Shown here: piece by piece, positions 1-9,465 of the stretch
Numbering within the stretch: position 1 is the stretch's first letter
Layout: each line of letters starts with the position of its first letter
Source: Chiloscyllium plagiosum
Lineage: Eukaryota
Direction: 5' to 3'
Assembly (NCBI RefSeq): GCF_004010195.1
Contig: NC_057753.1
Coordinates: forward strand, 3,852,632 to 3,872,631
Length of the DNA: 20,000 nt
Program-made: the position numbers and the translations under genes
The notes under the pieces: generated by a model
Databases searched by the model: none
What the model saw: the letters and a program-made list of their open reading frames with translations, nothing else
What the model was told of the DNA's origin: nothing

Positions 1-475
1 AGTTCTGGACTGAGCTGCTCAGCGTGAGAGCTGGCCACTCCCCTTTACAATAGACAATAGGTGTGGGAGTAGGCCATTCTGCCCTTCGATCCTGCACCAC
101 CAGTCATTATGATCATGGCTGATCATCCTCAATCAGTATCCTGTTCCTGCCTTATCTCCATAACCCTTGATTCCACTATTCTTGAGAGCTCTATCCAACT
201 CTTTCTTATACGAATCCAAAGACTGGGCCTCCACTGCCCTCTGGGGCAGAGCATTCAGCACACCTAATTTTGCAGGTTACTTCTAAAATATAAAAGCTTT
301 GGCCAAAAGTCTCATTTATTCTCATAGAAAATAAAAGGCCTCTCAGAGTCTTGTTTTCACCTCTGTACGAAACTAGCCACCTCGGAGCCATTTTTGACCT
401 CTTTGGAAAAAAAAGGACAGCGTATTCTTGAGGAAAGGAACAACTTTAAGAAAAAAAGGGACCAGCTTTGTGACA
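1..475 (-). mobile_element. LTR-like repeat (same family as the solo LTR at 10378-11460), running off the left edge and interrupted by a CR1 fragment
   Basis: Read on -, it starts TGTCAC at 475. With the CR1 insert removed it reads aagcttttatattttagaagtaacctgcaaaatt...aaaggggagtggccagctctc, matching aagcttttaagttttaaaaaataacttgcacaattgaaggggagtggccagttctc at about 10475-10530. Confidence 0.55.
47..256 (-). mobile_element. CR1/HER1-type LINE 3' end (5'-truncated)
   Basis: The reverse complement encodes the CR1 ORF2 C-terminus (NALPQRAVEAQSLDSYKKELDRALKNSGIKGYGDKAGTGY*), followed by a 3' UTR and a (ctattgt)2 tail. It is near-identical to the copy at 17061-17335. Confidence 0.9.
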
Positions 476-1394
476 GGCGTGCTCTTTGAATCTTTTAATA
501 GACTTGACGCAGTCTACCTTTTTTGATTAACATAGGAGACACAGGAATTGATGATGGGTCGTAAAATGGATGTAATGCCACAACCAGGCCTTCCATAGTC
601 CTGTTGAGTAACACAGCAAGCTAAAGGAGGACAGAGGTCTTTTACTGTTCCTATACTGATATATTACTTTTACCAACCCTAAATTCATGTAACTGCTGAT
701 GCAAGACTTCTTTTTCCTCTACTCTCTGCAATTGTCAGTGTCCCAAGTTGCTCACATCTTCACTGCTTTATCCACAAGAAGGGGGGCATCATAATTGGTG
801 AAAATCATTCTAATATCTATCTTTTTTTCAAATATCTAATTAGGACGCATTAATCAATTATTGCCCGGAGTTATATAACATAAAGTATCACAATGTACAA
901 AAGGGCTTTCTCAGAGGGACACCTCATCATTTACGAAACTCAATTATTCAGACCCGCTCAGAACACCCTCAGTAATTCTTAAATCACGAGTATGCAGTGT
1001 CACCCACACCTGAACTGTGAACTTGCAGGAACATTAATTTCTCATTCACTCTCTGACATTTCACAATGGTTTTGAGCAAAATAACTTGTCGATTCCAACA
1101 GTGAAGGGTATTATGATTTGTTGGAAGGAAAACAATTGGCTCCTCTGTGATATATAATCTGTGTTTGTTTGAATTCATTTCTACAACAATTTTGCAATTT
1201 CTGTTATCTGATTGCATTAAGGTTCTCGATATTTCTTTGTTAATATGTTGTTTTTCTATGTGTCTTTGATGTCATTTTTTTTTTGGTTGTGATGTGAGCT
1301 TGATTTCTTCTTCTCCTCTATTGGTTCCTATTACGCTATGTTGCCTTACTATTACATTGTTAATTTGAAATTTGAGATAAACATGTTTTGTATA

Positions 1395-1521
1395 AAAGAT
1401 TGTAAAGGGATATGGGGCAAATTCAGGTAAATGGAGTCAGGCCACAGATACACCATGAGTTAATTGAATGGCAGAACAAGTTAAAGGGACTGAATGGGCT
1501 TCTCTTGTTCCTATATTCCTA
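1395..1521 (+). mobile_element. Old CR1 LINE 3' tail fragment
   Basis: aagggatatggggcaaattcaggtaaatggagt...ccatgagttaattgaatggcagaacaag...gactgaatgggcttctcttgttcctatattcct resembles the ORF2 end and 3' UTR of the other CR1 copies in the window. Confidence 0.65.
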
Positions 1522-1752
1522 TTATGACATTTACCTCCTTGATTTTTAATCTCCGATGCTATTTCAGGAAATCGATGTTCTGAGGTTAAAGGGTAATTGT
1601 CAACTTAACATTATAACTCAATACTTGAAGTTTAACAAAGAAGTCTGCAAAACCTATTACTATGTTGGCATTTGAAGTAGTGGTATTCTTGTTCTCGTTC
1701 ATAGCCTCTCCTCTCTCCTCCTCCTCTCCCATTCTCTCCCTTGGTATGACAG

Positions 1753-2684
1753 CTAACTTAGCAGTGATTGTAATTCTGTCTCGAAGCCGATGTGGTCTCA
1801 CTGGGTGTATCACGTATTACCTGGTTTCTATGGCGGTGGCAGATCTTCTGGTTATGATAACAGCTGTAATATTAAACCGGATTGCTGGGATTTATTTCTC
1901 ATCCAGTTTCCTGTCGATCACACCCGTGTGCAGTGTTCGTTCCGTATTAAATCTTACAGCAATTGACAGTTCTGCGTGGTTAACGGTAGTCTTCACCATG
2001 GATCGATTTGTATCTATTTCTTGTCAGAAGCTGAAAATAAAATACTGCACCAAGAAAATGGCATCACGCATTATAGGAACCGTGTGCATACTCAGCTGCG
2101 TAAAAAATATCTTTATCTATTTTCAATTGGAACCTCAATACATAGTTGACAATCTACAATGGTTCTGTAACATAAAAGATATAATTTATACCTTTCCAGC
2201 ATGGATCGCTTATGGCTGGATACGTTCCATATTAACCCCTTTTCTCCCATTCATTGTGGTTTTGCTGCTCAATGCTCTGACTGTCAGACACATTCGAGCG
2301 GCCAACCAAGCACGTAGGAGACTTCGGACCCAGAGCAATGGTGTGAATCTGATTGACCCAGAGATGGAGAAGCGGAGAAAGTCCATTGTTTTACTCTTTG
2401 CCATCTCAGCCAGTTTCATCGTGTTGTATTTGTTGTCTTTTATAACGGTACTTTATGTCCGAATAGCAAACACAACGTATTCCTCAGGTTCAGATAACCG
2501 CAATTATATATTCATTCTCCAACAATGTGGGTATATGCTTCAATTATTGAGCTCCTGCGTCAATCCTTTTATATATACTGGGGCCCAGAGAAAATTCAGA
2601 GATGAGTTAAAGAATGCAGTTGGATACCTCCTTGTATATTTCGTCAGACCATTTCGTTTTTGCAAATCGAATAAGTCAACATGA
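1753..2684 (+). CDS. Class A orphan GPCR, GPR139/GPR142-like (gene 1), main coding exon; first exon not found in the window
   Basis: Open frame with hydrophobic 7TM segments and rhodopsin-family motifs: TM1 N (ANL), TM2 MAVADL, TM3 Cys (PVC), MDRF, ECL2 WFC, TM5 FLPF..LLLN, NPFIY and helix 8 KFR. A pyrimidine tract and gacAG acceptor (1751-1752) give a phase-1 entry G|CT AAC, the same junction as gene 2. The upstream part of the 1662 ORF is probably intron. Confidence 0.9.
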
Positions 2685-2944
2685 ACTCCTATTGTTTTGC
2701 ATTATATTCCATTCTTAGCTTGCAATTTAATTTCCTACTTTCAAGATGCACTTGCCTTATTCAATGCATAAATTTAAGAGTGTAGTTATAGAGGAAATAA
2801 GTGTGGAATCATGGTATTCTGCTCATTATGTCTGGTCCATCATCCACTCGATTACAGCTGGTCATCTATCCTAATGCCATTGTCCTGCCCTATCGCAGTA
2901 TCTTTTGATTCTTTTCATCTTATGGAAATCTATCCCCCGTATGA

Positions 2945-3322
2945 GGTGGCTTGGTTCTTAGCATTGCTGCCTCACAGGGCCAGGGACCCGGGTTCAATTC
3001 CAGCCTCGGCGGCAAGATTAGAGTGGTGCTGGAAAAGCACAGCAGTCAGGCAGCATCCCAGGAGCAGGAAAATCGACCGTTCCCCCTTCATCAGAAATCC
3101 AGCCTCGGACGACTGTCTGTCTGGAGTTTGCACATTCTCCCCATGTCTGCGTGGGTGTCTTCCCACAATCCCAAGATGTACAGGCCAGGTGTCCAAGGAT
3201 GTGTAGGTTGGGTGCATTAGCCAGGGCAAATGCAGTGATGGGGTTGGCGGATACGTTGCTCTTTGAAGGGTCCGTGTGGACTTGTTGGGCCAAATGGCCT
3301 TTTTCCACACTGTAGAGATGCT
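2945..3322 (+). mobile_element. HE1-type tRNA-derived shark SINE, interrupted at 3010-3097
   Basis: A-box-like ggtggcttggttcttagc, B-box ggttcaattcc, central tggagtttgcacattctccccatgtctgcgtggg, and CR1-like tail gggccaaatggcctttttccacactgtag. Confidence 0.85.
3010..3097 (-). mobile_element. Short Penelope-like terminal-repeat fragment inserted in the SINE
   Basis: Inverted match to 4385-4477. Flanked by an 11-bp direct duplication tccagcctcgg (2999-3009, 3098-3108). Confidence 0.8.
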
Positions 3323-3725
3323 AAATTTAAAAAGAAACTTGGAGAATATGAACAGGCTTGGTCGCATCGGTGGAGAGATAACAGAATTCACGATTTCAGT
3401 TCCGTGACTCTTCTTCCACAGATTCTCCAGCAGCTTTAGTACCACTTTTGTTTCAGATTTTCAGTATCCGCAGTTCTGCATTTTACTTAGAGAGAACCAT
3501 CGATTTCGGTCTTGAAGATATTGAGTAGTTGACAATATACAGCCCTTCTGTGGTACAGAATTGCAAACAATTGCTGTCAAAGACTGTGTTCGCTGATTGA
3601 GTCATCGCTAGTTTGAAACTTTTTAGACAGGAACCAGCAACTTGGGGTGAATGTGCGCTGTCGTCCTGTATGGGACAACTACTTCATACCCAGCATACAT
3701 TGAATATATTGACCCAGCATACATT

Positions 3726-4477
3726 GACTACCTGGTCAGGTCCACGCCCCCCTACGACCCACCCTCCCATCCTGGCACTTGCCACCGCAGGAATTGTAAA
3801 ACCTGTGCCACACCTCCTCCCTCACCTCCATCCAAGGCCCTAAAGGAGCCTTCCACATCCATCAAAGTTTTACCTGCACATCCACTAATATCATTTATTT
3901 TATCCGTTGCTGCCGATGCGGTCTCCTCTACATTGGGGAGACTGGACGCCTCCTAGCAGAGCACTTTAGGGAACATCTCCGGGACACCCGCACCAATCAA
4001 CCACACCGTCCCGTGGCCCAGCATTTCAACTCCCTCTCCCACTCTGCCGAGGATATGGAGGTGCTGGGCCTCCTCCACCGCCGCTCCCTCACCACCAGAC
4101 GCCTGGAGGAAGAACGCCTCATCTTCCGCCTCGGGACACTTCATCCCCAGGGCATCAATGTGGATTTCAACAGCTTCCTCATTTCCCCTTCCCCCACCTC
4201 ATCCTAGTTTCTCCGGACTTGTCCGACCTACCCAGCTCCTTTTCCACCTATCCACTCCACCCTCTCCTCCCTGACCTATCACCTTCATCTCCTCCCCCAC
4301 TGACCTATTGTACTCTATGCTACTCTATCCCCACCCCCACCCCCCTCTAGCTTATCTCTCCACGCTTCAGGCTCTCTGCCTTTATTCTGATGAAGGGCTT
4401 TTGCCCGAAACGTCGATTTTGCCTGTCCTCGGATGCTGCCTGAATTGCTGTGCTCTTCCAGCACCACTGATCCAGAA
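3726..4477 (+). mobile_element. Penelope-like retroelement 3' fragment: GIY-YIG endonuclease plus terminal repeat
   Basis: Frameshifted translation CHRRNCKTC...FTCTSTNIIYFIRCCRCGLLYIGETGRLLAEHFREH...PVAQHFNS..H...EEERLIFRLGTLHPQGINVDF contains the GIY-YIG motifs. 16-bp duplication catacattgaatatat at 3694-3709 and 4478-4493. Confidence 0.92.
4384..4417 (+). ncRNA. Minimal type I hammerhead ribozyme motif in the Penelope-like terminal repeat
   Basis: CTGATGA (4387-4393), extra A, stem II GGGC-TTTT-GCCC (4395-4406), GAAA (4407-4410), then CGTC, giving a palindromic ACGT and a GUC cleavage triplet. Stem I is only about 3 bp (att/gat). Confidence 0.7.
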
Positions 4478-6443
4478 CATACATTGAATATATGCTTATC
4501 CTTTGAGCAGCAAGATGGTCTTTTCAAGAAGTTTTTTTTTAAGATTGTACTTTTTAATCTCTTGGTTCGTCTTGTGTTATCATCGAGTTAAACTGAAGAG
4601 TAAAATCCTGTAAAAGGTCAATGAATCTCACTGCCTTTACTTAAGGGTAGAACCCTAAAAAATTGTCCTTGCTCATCATTTCTCCCCACTTCCTGTCGTT
4701 CTTTCTTGTGTTGTTTTTGTTTTAACATTCGTCTTCCATTTCTTATTCGTTTCTTCCTCTTTCTTCCCCTCCTCTTCCTTTTATCTGCACCTCCTCCTTT
4801 TCTTCCACCTCCCCCTCACCCTACTCCGGTGCAATTCGAGCACAAAACTGTTGGGTTTATATGGCACAGCGCCTAACACTACCAAAGGGGAAAGAAAATG
4901 TCTAACTGGAGCATCGAAGAGTCAGAGATCTACAGCACACACACAAAAAGTCAATTGCATCCATCTCGTCAAAATAAAAGTGAGGAAAAGGTGATATGGA
5001 ACTCTGCAGCTACCTATCTTTTTATAGAATTTTTAACGTCTGCTAGTATGTTATCGTCCAATTATTTGTGTCTTATATGTTATAATGTCTTGGATTTAAT
5101 CCATATTTGCTGCATGCGGAACACCAGCCAATGGGTGCCACACTTTATTACAATGCAGATGGATCAGAAACAAAAACTAATTTAAAAGTAGACTGAAATT
5201 TCCAAATAGTTGCAGTTCCCATTGAGGGGATAGATCACTTCGTTAATACCAATGCCTTGAATGTCAAGCTAAGATCAAGACTTAACTAGTTATCTAGCTC
5301 TGTCACTTCCATTTAGCAACACCACAAGGATGCATGTCACGCTGATGCATTAATTTAGTATAGATTTAGTACACTTGCTTCGTCAGACCAACATTTATAT
5401 TTTGTGAAAAACTTAGAAAAAGCAATAAGATTCCATCCAAAAGCAATAAATAATGCTACAAATTATAGTTTTATTTCATTGTTTAGAATTTTTAAATGAG
5501 GCATCGAAATCAAAGTTCAGGAAGCAAGCACACATACCAAAAGAAAATTGCACTTTGTTGGCACCACCAGAAGATTAACTTTGGTTCTGCTTATATTTCC
5601 TCTTGATGTAACATTCTATTTTTCTCCTGTTTATAATGAAGTCTCCCAAATCTAAATGTTGTCTGGAAATGAATTAATGCACAATTGAGCTATTAGAACA
5701 ATGGATTAGAAATAAAGCCAAGGAAAAAATCGTAAGGTGGATATCTTAGACAAAAGAAATACACATACACAAATGTAAGAAAAATTGCAACAGATAAACA
5801 CTGGGAGGGCTAAGTAGCATCCATAGAAGAATCCATGATTTAATAGAGCTTCTCTGTCTAGTGTAAAGTGATATGCTAATATGAACTTGCTGACTCTGAG
5901 TGTAAAGGGCAAAAGTGAGAACACTTCTGGGAGAAGTTGGTTCACTCACCATAATTGAGAGGGAGTAGGAGAGTGGACTCTCCTTGTTTTTCATTGCTTC
6001 TTTTAAATTGCTCTTCCTCTATTTCTGATTCTTTCCATTCTTCTTCTGCTTCTCCATGTTTATCTCCAACTCCTTCTTCTCCACTTCCCCGCTGTTGCTA
6101 CCCCTGTGCAACTCTGGCATTAAAGCTATGGATTGGTATGATACATCCTGTAACATTACAAAGGAGTGTAAAAAAAAAACTCACACAGTAAAGAGCTGTC
6201 CAACTGAGGAGTCATGGAGAATAAGAAGTACTGGGAAAGGACTCTCAGCTTATTTCACCCATGCCAGCCAAAAGCAACAGCGAGAAAAGAATGGTATGAA
6301 ACTCTCCAGCTACACATTGTGGAGGGGAGTTTAATGCACTCTCAACATCTACTTTGAGCTATCATATAACTAAAGGATAACTGATAACATCTAATACTGT
6401 ATGTCTTTCGCGTTTTTGATGACTTGGATACAAGGCAGGCATG

Positions 6444-6540
6444 GCCAAGATTAGAGTGGTGCTGGAAAAGTACAGCAAGTCAGGCAAGTGCAGGAAAATC
6501 GACATTTGGGGCAAAAGCCCTTCATCAGGAATGCCTCCTC
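6444..6540 (-). mobile_element. Short Penelope-like terminal-repeat fragment
   Basis: Inverted match to 4385-4477. 13-bp duplication caaggcaggcatg at 6431-6443 and 6541-6553. Confidence 0.85.
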
Positions 6541-6651
6541 CAAGGCAGGCATGCCGCAGGCCAAATGCCACACACAAGATATAAAACTTTAATGCAACAC
6601 AAGACTGTATTGTATACTGTCTCTACTATATATAGTGATATGACTGAACTA

Positions 6652-7381
6652 TACTGTAAATGGAAGAGCCTTGGGAAAAGTTGATGGGCAGAGAGATCTA
6701 GGAGTTCAGGCCCATTGTGTCCTGAAGGTTGCTGCACAGGTGGATAGTGGTCAAGAAGGCATATGGTATGCTTGCCTTCATCGAACGGAGTATTGAGTAT
6801 AAGAGCTGGCAAGTCCATGTGAACATTGTACAAGACATTGGTTCAGCCGCATTTAGAATACTGTGTACAGTTCTGGTTGCCACATTACCAAAAAGATGTG
6901 GACGCTTTGGAGAGGGTGCAGAGAAGGTTTATGAGGATGTTGCCTGGGATGGAAGGTGCTGGCTATGAAGAGAGGTTGAGTAGGTTAGGTTTGTTTTCAC
7001 TAGAAAAAAAAGGAGATTGAGGGGCACCTGATTGAGGTTTACAAGTTCATGAAGAGTGGATAGAGACAAGCTTTTTTCTCAGGGTGAATGATTCAATAAC
7101 GAGAGGTCTGGCGTTCAAGGTGAGAGGTGAAAAAGTTGTGATATAGGCGGCAAGTACTTCACACAGAGGGTGGTAGGTGCCTGGAATGCGTTACCAGCAG
7201 AGGTGGTAGAGACAGGCATGGTAGATTCATTTAAGGTGTGTCTGGACAGATGCATGAGTCGGTGGGGAACAGAGGGATACAGATGCTGAGGAATTGGGCG
7301 ACAAGTTTAGACAATGGATTTGGATCGGCTCAGGCTTGGAGGGCCCAAGGGCTGTAAATTTACTTTGTTCTTCTTTGTTCT
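6652..7381 (+). mobile_element. CR1/HER1-type LINE 3' fragment (decayed ORF2 C-terminus and 3' UTR)
   Basis: VVKKAYGMLAFI.RSIEYKSW, YKTLVQPHLEYCVQFW.PHYQKDVDALERVQRRF.RMLPGM...YEERLSRLGLFSLE, FTQRVVGAWNALP, and tail (tttgttct)n. Confidence 0.93.
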
Positions 7382-7646
7382 AAGTCAATCTATGTGCAAC
7401 AGGTGCACACGGAAATTTCCAAACAGTTGCACATATCATCGAAGGGGTATCACCCTGTTAGTATCAGTGCCTTCAACGTTGACTTGTGATCAGGGCTTTA
7501 TTGGAACCGTCACTGTCCAGCTTTGAGATTGCCTGTTAGCAACATCACAGGCTAAAAAATGTAATTCAGGCTATAGGTATAGATGTACGACTGTTTCTTA
7601 ATAATACCAGGGCTTACATTTTATGATAGAGGAAAGACAAACATTT

Positions 7647-7879
7647 GAGACAGAAACAGAAATTGCTAGAAGAGCTCAGCAAGTCTGGCAACATCTGTGA
7701 AGAGAAATCAGAGTTCACGTTTTGGGTCGAGTGAGACTTCTGAGAAAGGATCACTCAACCCAGAACGTTAGCTATAATTTCTCCTCACAGATGCTGCGAA
7801 GACCTGTTAGATTTTTTTCCCCAGCTACTTCTGTTTTTTTTTTGTCTTTGATTTACAGCATCCTTTCTGTTTTTATTTG
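7647..7879. mobile_element. Fold-back (inverted-repeat) element made of two Penelope-like terminal-repeat halves
   Basis: Left arm aaacagaaattgctag...gtctggcaacatctgtgaagagaaat...gttcacgttttgggtcgagtga pairs with right arm tcactcaacccagaacgtta...atttctcctcacagatgctgc...cagctacttctgttt. Duplication gacaaa(c/t)attt at 7636-7646 and 7880-7890. Confidence 0.75.
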
Positions 7880-9282
7880 GACAAATATTTAAATTATGCC
7901 AAAGCAATTTAAGGATTTTAAAAGATCATTGCTTTCTATGGTTAATCGGAATAATTAAGGGAAGGGTCGAAATTATAGTTCAGGAAGCAAGTGAGCAATA
8001 CATTACCAATTCAGCGAAATTACACTATGATGTTACCACTTGAAGAAATATTTTGGTTCTGTCTAATTTTGCTCTTGTTACAATGTTTTATTTTCTCCTG
8101 TCCGTATTAAGTTAAACAAAACTAATTGGTAGCTGGTAGTGAGTTGAGCTCCTAGAGAAAAAAATCAGAGATCTAAATAAGACGTGAAAAAATGTAATGT
8201 ATTTATCTTAGAAAAGGTTTACATTAATTACAGGAAAAAAAACAGAAAAATACTGGTAGTACTCATAACACGCGCAAACGAATTTATGATTCGTTGGAGC
8301 TTCTCTGGTCAGTGAAAATATACTAACTACAGGCTCTCTGATGCTGGCAGAGTACAGAGGGTGGTCGTAGAAGTGACTGAGGGTGACTCTGGGAAAAGTT
8401 GGTATGCTCACCATAACTGAGAAGGGGATTGTATCGGACTTGGTGGTCAAAAGAAGCAAGAGCATCCAAAAGCAGGCGGTAGTGAGAAGTAACTGAGGAG
8501 GATTGCGGTAGACTCAGCTCGCTTACCACAACTGAGAGGGGGCTCGCAGAGGTGCTAGTGCTGACAGGAGGAGGCATGTTAAACAGATGGCGGGAATGGG
8601 AAAGGGCTGGAGCGGATTCGGGGAGACGTCAGTCACTCAACACAACACAACACAGAATGGGACCACAAAGACATGGTGCCTACAGGAGCAAGAGTATTTA
8701 ACAGGGGGCAGTCATGACTGAGGAGGATCAGTCACTCACATGGTTCAGAAGGGGATCGTGGAGAACCTGGCAGTCAACAGGAAGGAGACGGTGCACATCC
8801 GGTGGTTGTGGTTCATTGGGAAACAACTTTGGGATGGGCAGCTTGGAGGACCGACAGGATCAGCTTCAGGAGTTAGGGAGTAGGTTGAAACACAGGACCC
8901 CAGGCGTAGTCATGTCAGATATCCTGCCTGTGCCATAAAATTCACCATTTAGTTAAAGGCAGATCAGGGTGGTAAATACATGGATGGAAGAATGACGCAG
9001 AGGGGAGAAGTGTGGATGTTTTGGACAGCGAGATCACTTTTGTGAAAGAAGAAAGCTGTTCAGAAGGAATGCACTTTACCTGAGCTGCAATGGAACTAAT
9101 CTCCTGGCTGAGAGAGGAAATAGTGTGGTAGTGATGGGTTTAAACTTGTAAAGCAGGAGCCCAGGGTGATTAATGCGCCTAGTTTTTCAAGTGCTAGTGA
9201 GGTCAAAATACAGAAAATGGGAATGGGGAAAAGGAAGTGATGAACTACTTAAGTGTTGACAGTGAACAAAGTATGAGTTGCC

Positions 9283-9465
9283 TTGCATCTACCAATCACA
9301 TTCTCAGCTATCTTGCCCCCAGCCCCACCCCTCACCCTCCTATTTATCTCTCAGCCCCCTTCTCTCCCTCACCCCTGATGAATGGCTTTTGCCAAAATGT
9401 CGATGCTCCTGCTCCTCGGGTGTTGCCTGACCTGCTGTGCTTTTCCAGCACCACTCTTTTTGACT
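9283..9465 (+). mobile_element. Penelope-like terminal-repeat fragment inserted in the old CR1
   Basis: C-rich tract followed by ctgatgaatggcttttgccaaaatgtcgat...gcctgacctgctgtgcttttccagcaccac, homologous to 4300-4470. Confidence 0.8.

Larger units (their letters stand above)
4560..8427. repeat. Degenerate direct tandem duplication, unit about 1.3 kb (4630-5950 vs 5950-8420, the second unit expanded by TE insertions)
   Basis: Colinear anchors: aactctgcagctac 5000-5013 / aactctccagctac 6300-6313; gaaatttccaaatagttgca 5195-5214 / gaaatttccaaacagttgca 7412-7431; tcgaaatcaaagttcaggaagcaag 5504-5528 / tcgaaattatagttcaggaagcaag 7967-7991; ctgggagaagttgg 5927-5940 / ctgggaaaagttgg 8389-8402. Pyrimidine tracts at 4680-4825 and 5980-6090 also match. 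Confidence 0.85.

Noticed and set aside
683..748. Possible exon 1 of gene 1 (IHVTADARLLFPLLSAIVSVP, vaguely like ...YPVIAVIGVP)
   Set aside because: No ATG in frame (ATT), poor donor (A|gttgct) and weak similarity. Chance is more likely, though a decayed exon cannot be excluded.
1662..1752. N-terminal 30 aa of the 340-aa ORF (and the in-frame ATG at 1746) as the start of gene 1
   Set aside because: It reads through a pyrimidine tract ending in an AG at the same codon position as the gene 2 acceptor and has no similarity to gene 2 exon 1, so it is probably intron.
6252..6327. Hydrophobic minus-strand peptide (MCSWRVSYHSFLAVAFGWH) as a leader exon or third receptor exon 1
   Set aside because: It lacks the G-V-P end and a good donor, and the duplicated copy near 4950-5020 has no ATG.
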